DNA of 64,000 nucleotides from an uncultured Prevotella sp. (GTDB lineage Bacteria; Bacteroidota; Bacteroidia; Bacteroidales; Bacteroidaceae): NCBI GenBank assembly GCA_947167845.1, contig CAMVJQ010000004.1, positions 1,275 to 65,274 of the forward strand, read 5' to 3'. Shown piece by piece: positions 18,360 to 26,832 of this stretch (position 1 is its first letter; each line of letters starts with the position of its first letter). The notes under the pieces were generated by a model. It saw only the letters and a program-made list of their open reading frames with translations, ran no database searches and was not told where the DNA came from. The position numbers and the translations under genes were made by a program.

Positions 18360-20720
18360 TTAATTAATAGCATTTGGGTAGATGAGTTTCATCTTGTCCA
18401 GCATGCGCTGCTTGTGGAGTTCGTATGTGGGATTGTAGTCAGGGTATTTCTGGTAATAGCTGGGGCCTTTTTTTACCCTGTTCCACAGCGCTACCCATTC
18501 GTCGGCTTTAAACATATTAACAGGCAGGAACTCGATTTCCGGCAGATACTCGCCACTGTACACGAACTTCTTGCCGTTGCTCTTGAGTTTGACGGTGACA
18601 ACGACATCGACCACGACAGGCGGCGCTGTGCAGCATTTGCTCTCATCGTTGGTGGCTATTAGTGGCTCGATGATGTATTTGGGCGGGCCGCTTATTAACA
18701 TGCCGTGGGCATAACCAGCTCCCCATAAGCTCATATTCAGGTCTGCATTGCTTGAATTGTGCGTCATCGAAATCGGGAAAAGAATGCCCCCCGGCATTTG
18801 GACTTGCCTATTGTAGAAGTTTCCAATAGTATTTTCAAGATAAAAGTCGGAGAGATTGAAATCCGTCTTGAGATTGCTATCTGTGTAGCTGCTCTGGTAA
18901 ATCATACGGTCCTTCAGTCCCAGGGCTGAGCGGTACTTGTCGATGCTTGACCACGAAGTGCCTTCACGTACCAGACAGACGGCATCGACCCGCAACGAGT
19001 CTACATCGTCGCCGAACACTTCGGGGTTCAGATCCACTTCAATGCTGCTGGGGTCGAAGAACCATACGCATCCATAGGTGTTGGCTTTGACAGAATTCTT
19101 TGTTCTGATGTTGGTCATATAGATCTTGGGGCTGGACTTGAGGCTCCATACGCCCTTGCCGAGACCGGTGCCCTTCAGATTGAAGTTCTTGCCGATGCTC
19201 ATCTCTGACGATACGACATTAGCGACGGAGGTGTAATTCTTGATGGTGCCGCTGGTGGTGGCCTGGGCGGTCAGTGCCAGATTGATGGTGGCGTTCATGG
19301 TACCCTTGAAGCCCGTCAGCTTGTCTTGTCCATATTCGGCGCAGATGTCTCCGATGTCGCCCAGGCCATCGGCGATGTGGCCTAAGCCAGCAGCGGGATC
19401 TTTTGCGAAGAAGCTGCCTACGCCGGCATTGATGTTGGTATAGGCCTTGAGGGCCTTGAAGATGGTGCCGCACACCTTGGCGGCCTTGTTGCCCTCCTTG
19501 TATTGTGCCGTCAGGTCGATATCGCCTTTCAGTGAGCCGTCCAGTGAGCCTTTTATGGAGGTGACCAGCGTCACGTTGGACGTCGTGGTCGCGTCGACCC
19601 ACATCTTGATCCAATTGTCGGTGAGGTCCACGTCGGGACGGTAGGTCGACAAGTCCAGGTCGAAGGCCCACCATCCCTGCCGGGGGATGATGCCATCAGT
19701 GGTGATGTCGGCCTGAGACCATGGTGTGATATACATCTTAAGTTCGTCGCTCTGCGACACGCCTTTCAGTCCGAATGTTGCAGGATTGGCAATCTTCATG
19801 TCCTGCGGTATGGAGTATATCATGGGTGAGCGGTACACCATATCGCCCCTGAAGTTCACACACCAGTAGTGGTCGTTGCCGTTGCCGCATTCTGCCGGCA
19901 TATAGTAGAATATGCGCAGAATGCCTAAGTACTTGTTGTACAGGCCGAAGAAGTTCTCATTGGCAATCTCATTGCAGCCGCAGCGGTTCATGACCAGTTC
20001 CCAACCGTTCTCAGGGGTGATGTCGTCGCAGAAATTCATGGGGAGGTTGCTCTGACGGTCGCTATCGTTCCAGGGCAGGGGCACCTTGATATACTTAATC
20101 TTGCCGCCGTCCCAATCAGTGGTCTTGCCGGTGTAGAGATAGATGTGCTGCTGCTTGCGCCAGTAATCGGAATTGAAGCCTGAGGGCCCCCAAAGATCGT
20201 TGGGGTTGTCTACGAAGCTGTTGGCACCGTCGGGCAGCCATGCCTCCAACTGAGCCTTCTGTGCATCGGTGGCCGGCGACAGGCTGAGGTCGGCATTGCT
20301 CGTGACGAGCTTGCCGTCCTGGTATCTGAACTCCCTGACCAAGTCGGCGGTCGCATCGTTGAGGATGTCCTTGCGCGTGGTGCGGATTATGCCGTCGTTG
20401 TTGGTGTAGGTGAACTCTATGCCCAGCAGACCGTCGGCATCGTCACAGACTTCATTGTCGGCATCGACATAGAACGAGTACTCCCGTCCGGTACCGTTCT
20501 CGCTGAAGTTGAGTACGGTGACCTGCTTCAGCTGCTCCTGTCTGCCGTCGGCGAAGGTGTAGTTCTTTGTGGCCTCTGCGTACCACATCTTGTTGAGTTG
20601 TTCTGCACTGATCGGCGTACCCTTAGGGCCGTCATCGCTGTCCTTGCACGAGGTGAGCGCAGTGGAGAGGCCGCAGAGTATCAGGATGGCGGCCATCATC
20701 CAAAGATTAAACTTTCTCAT
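18360..20720 (-). CDS. Lipoprotein: shared N-module + uncharacterized large domain
   Basis: LTSC; N-module very similar to that of 20968..22914; VPLPW...ENGWELV...GLYNKYLGILRIFYY segment. Confidence 0.8.
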   Translation of the reverse strand: MRKFNLWMMAAILILCGLSTALTSCKDSDDGPKGTPISAEQLNKMWYAEATKNYTFADGRQEQLKQVTVLNFSENGTGREYSFYVDADNEVCDDADGLLGIEFTYTNNDGIIRTTRKDILNDATADLVREFRYQDGKLVTSNADLSLSPATDAQKAQLEAWLPDGANSFVDNPNDLWGPSGFNSDYWRKQQHIYLYTGKTTDWDGGKIKYIKVPLPWNDSDRQSNLPMNFCDDITPENGWELVMNRCGCNEIANENFFGLYNKYLGILRIFYYMPAECGNGNDHYWCVNFRGDMVYRSPMIYSIPQDMKIANPATFGLKGVSQSDELKMYITPWSQADITTDGIIPRQGWWAFDLDLSTYRPDVDLTDNWIKMWVDATTTSNVTLVTSIKGSLDGSLKGDIDLTAQYKEGNKAAKVCGTIFKALKAYTNINAGVGSFFAKDPAAGLGHIADGLGDIGDICAEYGQDKLTGFKGTMNATINLALTAQATTSGTIKNYTSVANVVSSEMSIGKNFNLKGTGLGKGVWSLKSSPKIYMTNIRTKNSVKANTYGCVWFFDPSSIEVDLNPEVFGDDVDSLRVDAVCLVREGTSWSSIDKYRSALGLKDRMIYQSSYTDSNLKTDFNLSDFYLENTIGNFYNRQVQMPGGILFPISMTHNSSNADLNMSLWGAGYAHGMLISGPPKYIIEPLIATNDESKCCTAPPVVVDVVVTVKLKSNGKKFVYSGEYLPEIEFLPVNMFKADEWVALWNRVKKGPSYYQKYPDYNPTYELHKQRMLDKMKLIYPNAIN

Positions 20721-20760
20721 TGTCCTATATTAAAATAACTGAACAAAAATAATTTATGAC

Positions 20761-20899
20761 AATTCGTGTTCAATTCGTGATAATTATATGTTTTAGATAA
20801 ACACGCGCTCGAGCTCTGCTCGCTTGCTACCGAAAGGCTACGGGTAGGCGCGACAGCGGGAATGGGGACGCAAGAATTACCATGAATTGAACACGAATT
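20761..20899. repeat. Small MITE-like element with 25-bp terminal inverted repeats and a palindromic core
   Basis: aattcgtgttcaattcgtgataatt vs aattaccatgaattgaacacgaatt (2 mismatches); GC-rich core gcgctcgagctctgctcgc... Confidence 0.65.
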
Positions 20900-20967
20900 T
20901 TCCATTAATTTGTTATTTGATAATGTACACGAACATAATTAATATGTAATAATATGTAATCGCGAAA

Positions 20968-22914
20968 TCAGCGTCCAATCGTCAGCACCGTGTTGAGGTC
21001 GTCAGTCCTACTGCTCCTCAACGGCTCATTCATCTGGTTGATATCGGAAAGCATACTCCTGAGTCCGGGTTTAAGATGATTGTCGAACACGGTTCCTACG
21101 AGCGATTCGAGGAATGCTGTTGTGAGTTCCCACTGTTCTACATATTCCGACCGTTCGCGGAACATCTTCTGTAGGTTGGTCTTCAGCCGTTCTATCAGTG
21201 CTTCGGGGTCCTCATGTTGCCACTCATTACCCTCGTTGTGAATCATATACACCTTGGTGAGGTCGTCGATGAGGTAATCGGTTATAAGCTTAGTCAGATC
21301 TGCAGGATTGTCGGGTAGGAACTGATCATTGCAGCCCAACACTGTCAGATAGGGTTTTTTCTTGTAAATTTCATCCCATGCGTATTCGATGTGCCACTTC
21401 AGTCCGCCGCTGATATTGTCGGCGAGACGCTTGTAGCACGTTCCCTGCACGTCGGCCAGCGAGGGTATCGACTTGATATATTCCGTGGCGATCTCCCAGC
21501 GGGTGAAGTCGTTGCTCACCCTGATGGTGCGCCAGGGGTTGGGATAGGAGATGGTGGAACCCGTCGACACGTCGACGATACTGTCGTTTCTCACCTTCAG
21601 GGCGTCGTAGTAATGGTAGGCGGCAATATCCTGCAGGTGGGTATGTCCGGTGAAGGCCAGGTGAACGCCGTGCCTAGCCATCTGTTGACTCACGCTCGTA
21701 TGGTTCTCAATGATGTATTCGCTCTGTATCTGGGCCTGGGCATCGTGGTGCTGCACGATGTTGTGGTGCTCCATCAGCACTACCTGCTTGCCAGCGGCGC
21801 GGGCCTTGTCGGCCTCAGCCAGGGCCCAGGTGATTGTAGCGGGGCGTAAGCGGCCGGCAGTCTGGTTGTAGTCTCTCTTGCCACCCCTGTCTAGGTACTC
21901 ATTGAACTCATACATATTCGTGTCGAGGCACAGCAGCACCAGTCCTTCGAGCGGTTCGCAGACGAACGACAGCGAGGCAGGGTCGGTGGCGGTGGCCTGG
22001 TTATAGCCGAAGTCGGCATACAGTTGCTTGAACTGCTCGGGCGAAGTGCGCTCGGCGGAGCGTTTCTCGTCGCCGTCGAAGTAATAGCCCTCAGGATTGT
22101 CGATGTCGTGATTGCCCGGCACTACGATCACCGGTATGCCTGCAGTGCGCAGAGGGGTGAGGATGCTCACTACCAGCTGGTGGCTCACCAGCTCGCCGTC
22201 TTTGGTCAGGTCGCCGGGTATGAGTACGAGGTCGGGCTTGCGCTTCACGGCCTCGGCGACAAGTTGTTCCAGCACCTCACCACTGTATTCCAGCAACTTG
22301 GGGTCGGAATTCAGATAACTGCTGAAGGCCGAACCCTCTTTCACCAGCAACTGCGGCGACATCACGTGGATGTCGCTCATCACGAGGATGTTCTTGTAGT
22401 CCGTATTCGCGTTGCCACCTTCGGGCAGCCACGCTTCCAACTGGGCCTTCTGGGCATCCGTAGCAGGCAGCAGACTGACGTTGTCGCCGCTGACGACGAG
22501 CGTGCCGCCCTGGTACTTCGCCTCGCGCACAAGATTCCGCGTGGCATCGGTGCCCAGCAGGTCCTTGCGCGAAATGTGGATGATGCCCGACAGGTTGGTA
22601 TAGGCAAAGTCCACTCCCAGCAGCTTGGGCATATTCTCCTTCAGTTTATTGTCGGCGTCAACATAGAAGAAATACTCCTTGCCTTCGCCGTCATCGTCGA
22701 AGTCGAAGGCACGGATCTGCCTCAGCGTCTCCTTGGTACCGTCGGCGGAGGTGTTGTCCACCGTGGTTTCGGCATACCACATCTTGTAGAGTTCAGAGCC
22801 AATCGGCGTGGCCTGCGGAATGTCGTCGTCGCTGCTGCTGCACGAGGTGAGCGCAGTGGTGAGGCCGCAGAGTGTCAGAATGGCGGCCAGCATCCATAAA
22901 TTCAACTTTTTCAT
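20968..22914 (-). CDS. Lipoprotein: shared N-module + calcineurin-like metallophosphoesterase
   Basis: LTSC; SDIH, PGDLTKDGE, PGNHD, HH, GHTH motifs. Confidence 0.9.
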   Translation of the reverse strand: MKKLNLWMLAAILTLCGLTTALTSCSSSDDDIPQATPIGSELYKMWYAETTVDNTSADGTKETLRQIRAFDFDDDGEGKEYFFYVDADNKLKENMPKLLGVDFAYTNLSGIIHISRKDLLGTDATRNLVREAKYQGGTLVVSGDNVSLLPATDAQKAQLEAWLPEGGNANTDYKNILVMSDIHVMSPQLLVKEGSAFSSYLNSDPKLLEYSGEVLEQLVAEAVKRKPDLVLIPGDLTKDGELVSHQLVVSILTPLRTAGIPVIVVPGNHDIDNPEGYYFDGDEKRSAERTSPEQFKQLYADFGYNQATATDPASLSFVCEPLEGLVLLCLDTNMYEFNEYLDRGGKRDYNQTAGRLRPATITWALAEADKARAAGKQVVLMEHHNIVQHHDAQAQIQSEYIIENHTSVSQQMARHGVHLAFTGHTHLQDIAAYHYYDALKVRNDSIVDVSTGSTISYPNPWRTIRVSNDFTRWEIATEYIKSIPSLADVQGTCYKRLADNISGGLKWHIEYAWDEIYKKKPYLTVLGCNDQFLPDNPADLTKLITDYLIDDLTKVYMIHNEGNEWQHEDPEALIERLKTNLQKMFRERSEYVEQWELTTAFLESLVGTVFDNHLKPGLRSMLSDINQMNEPLRSSRTDDLNTVLTIGR

Positions 22915-22958
22915 TTTCTAATTTGTTTAATTAATATAATAATGTGTATTTACTTTCT

Positions 22959-25349
22959 TCAATTCTTCACGTAGTTGATGAACTCGCCGGGGTCGGCTGC
23001 CGAGAGGTTGCCGAAGTGGCTGGCATTGACAATCCTGGCGTGCGAGGCGATGGTGTGCTCGGCCAGGTAGAGGAACAGGTCGTGGTAGTTCGTACGGGGA
23101 TTGTCGGAGAGACAGTTGTAGAAGTTCAGCGAGAAGCGGTCGCAGAGGTACCCTTCCGTGGCGCTCCAGTTGTCGCCATACGACTGCTCGTAGCGGTTGG
23201 CTCCGCTCAGGCCCAAGGCTCCGTCGATGCCTTCGAGTGCGATGATGACGTTCTCGCCGTAGCACGGCTCTGCCACCACAAGCAGTTTGCGGCAGGTGGG
23301 GGCATCGCTGCTGAGCATGGTCTGGGCGGTGCTCTGCATCAGCGTGGTGGTGAACCCGTTGAAGAAGGCATCGTCGCGCCATTCAAAGGCATTGTGCCCT
23401 CCGTGTCCGCTCCAGAAGAGCAGCACGTTCTGTCCGGCATCGCGGGGCAGCACCGTGGGGGTGCGGCTGGTCTGGATGCCCAGGAGGATGTTGCTGATGT
23501 CGGCGGCGCTCAGGTCGGCATTGTCGTAGTCGATGACGGCGGCGGGCAGTTGGTCGGTGCCGCCCATCAGGTCGGGGCCGTCAGGGTCGGCACGTATGAT
23601 GTATTTCTTGTCGGAAGCCCAGGCCTTGTCGACGACGAGGATGATGTGGTCGTCGTCGAACCCGCCCTTACGCAACAGTTGGTACATCATCATCACATCG
23701 CCCATGTGGCGCTGGTTCTTCGCCTCATAGCTGCCTTGCACGAGCACGGCATACTGGTCAGTGAGCGCGGGGTAAGTGATGTTGGCACCCTGGCCCGACT
23801 GCTTGGCGAAGTCGGCCTCGGCCTGGTTCTGGTCGTAGAGGTATTTCCATGCCTGCAGGTTGTTGACAAGGCGCTGGCTGCCGCTGTCGTCGAAATAGCC
23901 CAGGGGGATGAAACGTCCCCCTTGACCCTCACCATACTTGCGAATCTGCCATTGCAGGTAGGTGGTGTGCGACGCGGGGGCGAAGGATGCCGGGGCGAAG
24001 GCGATGTCGCCGGAGGCTCCCCTGAAGGCTGGCAGCTGGCCGTCCTCCATGCTCTTGAGGTAGCTGGCCATCTCGATGTCATCCCACACGGCAGCGTCGA
24101 GATGGCTGCCGTTGCCCTTGGTGATGGCGATGATGGCATCGTTGATGCTGCCCACAGCGGGATAATGCTCTCGGTAGCAGGCAGCGAAGGCGGCCAGCAG
24201 CAGCCCGTCGTAGAACTTACTTTCGGCAAAGGTGGGCAGATTAGTGAAGCGCCGCTGGAAGCTCTCCTGGAAACCGGTGGTGGGGTCGGCGTACGGCGAA
24301 TAGCCGATGAGGTTGTTCAGCACATACTTTCCGTTGTCGTCAAAGGCATAGAGCTCCTGTTCGTTGATGTTGGGGACGGCGAAAAAGGTGTTGGCGGCTA
24401 TTTGCGCGGTCTGCCAGTAGCCATCATTCTCATCGAAGATGTCTGGATGGTCAGGATCAACCTGCTGGCGGAGTAGGGGAATCAGATCGTGCAGCTGCTG
24501 AAGGCTCTCCACCACGCAGAACATGGCCTTCCCATAATATTGATTGTAGCCTCGGTCTTTGATGATCTTGGCCATCGCCGAGGCCAGCTCGTCATTGCTC
24601 TGGTACTGCGTGTTGGCCAGCAAGTCGATGCCGTAGTTCTCGGCGAAGAAGGGTGCCCAGTATTCAAAGGTCTGCCCGTAGGTGCCGGCAGGCGAGAAGA
24701 AGTAGCATGACTTGTTGTTGGTTATGCCCAGGATAGAACTCCAGTGTTGACTGAAGGCGGCAAACGAACCCATCATGGTCTCCGCGAACGTGGCATCGCT
24801 CTCGGTGAGCGCCCAGAGGAAGGGGTCGTCGCTTTTGTTGCCCTTCACTTTCTTGACAGCGTAGAGGCGCTGGAGTTCCTCGTTGGTGGCGGTGGGCGCG
24901 ATGAGCGGCTTCCGGGCCTCCTGGCAGGCCGGGGCGAAGGCTGCCACGGCATCGTCGGCGAAGGGGCCGATGATGGCGGTGATGTCGTCGCGCCCTGCCA
25001 GCGTCTTGCTCAGGGCGGTCAGGTCTTCCGTGTCCTCGTTGTACCACTCTATCTTCAGCCTGATGGCCAGCGTGTCCTGGCGCTGGGCTTCGGTCAGGTT
25101 CTCCGTGAACCAGCCCGCCATGCGCTCCAATTGTCCCTTCTTGGCGTCATCGCTCAGGGGAGCCACCACAGCTACGGTCTTCTCCACCCAGTGGCGGGCA
25201 GGCACAATCTCTGTCACAGGGTCGCTGTCCCCTTTGCAGGAAGTGAATAGTGAACAGTGAATAGTGAATAGTGCTGCGCACAGTATCGCCATCCAGTCCA
25301 TTCTCTTACCTCTCACCTCTTCCCTCTTACCTCTGAATTCACTTCTCAT
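22959..25349 (-). CDS. Lipoprotein: periplasmic-binding-protein-like domain fused to C13 (legumain/GPI8-like) peptidase
   Basis: FTSC lipobox; AIIGP, PLIAPTAT (PBP type I); YAVLVQGS..NQRHMGDV, FWSGHGG, AEPCYG His/Cys dyad. Confidence 0.85.
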   Translation of the reverse strand: MRSEFRGKREEVRGKRMDWMAILCAALFTIHCSLFTSCKGDSDPVTEIVPARHWVEKTVAVVAPLSDDAKKGQLERMAGWFTENLTEAQRQDTLAIRLKIEWYNEDTEDLTALSKTLAGRDDITAIIGPFADDAVAAFAPACQEARKPLIAPTATNEELQRLYAVKKVKGNKSDDPFLWALTESDATFAETMMGSFAAFSQHWSSILGITNNKSCYFFSPAGTYGQTFEYWAPFFAENYGIDLLANTQYQSNDELASAMAKIIKDRGYNQYYGKAMFCVVESLQQLHDLIPLLRQQVDPDHPDIFDENDGYWQTAQIAANTFFAVPNINEQELYAFDDNGKYVLNNLIGYSPYADPTTGFQESFQRRFTNLPTFAESKFYDGLLLAAFAACYREHYPAVGSINDAIIAITKGNGSHLDAAVWDDIEMASYLKSMEDGQLPAFRGASGDIAFAPASFAPASHTTYLQWQIRKYGEGQGGRFIPLGYFDDSGSQRLVNNLQAWKYLYDQNQAEADFAKQSGQGANITYPALTDQYAVLVQGSYEAKNQRHMGDVMMMYQLLRKGGFDDDHIILVVDKAWASDKKYIIRADPDGPDLMGGTDQLPAAVIDYDNADLSAADISNILLGIQTSRTPTVLPRDAGQNVLLFWSGHGGHNAFEWRDDAFFNGFTTTLMQSTAQTMLSSDAPTCRKLLVVAEPCYGENVIIALEGIDGALGLSGANRYEQSYGDNWSATEGYLCDRFSLNFYNCLSDNPRTNYHDLFLYLAEHTIASHARIVNASHFGNLSAADPGEFINYVKN

Positions 25350-26625
25350 ATTCCGCCTCCTTTCTTATTGCTTCTTCACGTATCTGCCGGAGCAGCTCTG
25401 CACTCGGCTCCCCACTTGTTGAGGAAGGTACGAACCAGTAGGGATGGGCATTGACTATCAAGTCGGTGTAGCCAGAGGCCAGGCCCAGCGATTGGTGCTT
25501 GGGAATGCCCTCGCCTACAAGCCACTGGCGGATGCTCGTCTCAACGGCCATGTCGATACGCTTTACGACAGAGTACTGGCAGTTGGCTGCGGTATTCATG
25601 ACATCGATGCCCATAACGATGAACTGGTTGAGAACTGTGGACAGACGCAGGAACACAGCACTTGCACCGCCACAGACGGGTATGATTGCCGATGACTTGC
25701 CGAGCCAGTCTTCGCTCTGCTCCCCATAATCCCGCATCATTTTCAGTGCCAGCGTGTCGGCAATGCTGTACCCCTGGCCCGCGTGCTGGCCGATGTACAT
25801 GGTCGTGAGACTTTTCTCCTCGCTTGTGGCTACCCAGTCGGTGGCAAAGCCGTCCTTGAAGCCCTGCATGGCCTCGCTGACGTACTCGTCCTCTGGATTG
25901 GCGCCTATCAGCAGGGCTTTCGGCTGGAAGAAGGGTGTGATGGCCCCCGCCTCGTACATGGCACCATAGTAGGGCATGAAGAGCGTCGAGCCCTTGCCGT
26001 CGAGCGGCGTAGAGGTCTCGAAGTAGAGCAGGTCGGCGCGGGGGTTGCCCTCCAGGCGCTTGTTGTTCTGGCGCAGCCACTCGTCGTAGTCCGAACTGGC
26101 CACGATGAGCAGGCGGCGGACGGTGTCGTCCGGTGCTTCCATCTGCCGGAAGATGTCCTCCAAGTAGGCCAAGCCCTCCTCTTTTGTCGCCGGCGACAGA
26201 TGTAGGGTGCGCAGTTCCTTTTGGGTTGAGACAGCCTCAACGCCAGAGTAAATCAGGTCGTTGTACGACTTGTCGCCCAGGGCATCGGGGCTATATACCA
26301 CCGTCACCAGCGGGCTGGTACGGGGCGCGTCAGTAGGGTCGGGCACGTAAATCGTATCATCGTCTTTTGTGCACGAAGTCAGCACACTTACACTGCCCAC
26401 CAAAAGCAGCAGGGAGAAGGAGAGCATCGCAGCACGGCTGACACCCTGCTGCACGGCGCGGTCGATGAGCGCCTGGTTGCGACGCACCTCGCGCACGATG
26501 ACGTCGTTCTTTTCCTTCAGTTCTTCGTTCTTGTGAATCAGGCGCACCACCAGTGCACCCACCACTATCGCCATCACCACCAGTGCAACGGCCATCAGAA
26601 CGATTAATGTTGTAGTTTCCACCAT
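25339..26625 (-). CDS. BMP-family substrate-binding lipoprotein with an N-terminal TM/coiled-coil extension
   Basis: LGDKSYNDLIYSG, IIPVCGG, MGIDV, SVVKRID; internal lipobox LTSC at about residue 84. Confidence 0.75.
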   Translation of the reverse strand: MVETTTLIVLMAVALVVMAIVVGALVVRLIHKNEELKEKNDVIVREVRRNQALIDRAVQQGVSRAAMLSFSLLLLVGSVSVLTSCTKDDDTIYVPDPTDAPRTSPLVTVVYSPDALGDKSYNDLIYSGVEAVSTQKELRTLHLSPATKEEGLAYLEDIFRQMEAPDDTVRRLLIVASSDYDEWLRQNNKRLEGNPRADLLYFETSTPLDGKGSTLFMPYYGAMYEAGAITPFFQPKALLIGANPEDEYVSEAMQGFKDGFATDWVATSEEKSLTTMYIGQHAGQGYSIADTLALKMMRDYGEQSEDWLGKSSAIIPVCGGASAVFLRLSTVLNQFIVMGIDVMNTAANCQYSVVKRIDMAVETSIRQWLVGEGIPKHQSLGLASGYTDLIVNAHPYWFVPSSTSGEPSAELLRQIREEAIRKEAEYEK

Positions 26626-26686
26626 AGTTTATTTTGTTCTCTTGATTTTTTCTATTTCTCTTTACTCTTTTAGAGTAATTCGTTGG

Positions 26687-26777
26687 CAAAATTACAAATA
26701 AAAGTCCGTACTCACTAGAGTACAGACAAATGGTCGGATGGTTTCAGACAAATAATCGGGTGGTTTCAGCGATAATT
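26687..26777 (-). promoter_or_regulatory. Operon promoter with 22-bp-periodic direct repeats (candidate AraC sites)
   Basis: TAATTTTG on minus at 26687-26694; cagacaaat..tcgg.tggttt at 26723 and 26745, partial copy at 26767. Confidence 0.6.
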
Positions 26778-26787
26778 CGACGAAAAC

Positions 26788-26820
26788 GACAATCCGTCGG
26801 ATATAAAACGGCGGATTGTC
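26788..26820 (-). terminator. Hairpin downstream of the AraC gene
   Basis: gacaatccgtcg...cggcggattgtc with a short T-run on minus. Confidence 0.6.
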
Positions 26821-26832
26821 AAAGTGGAAAAG

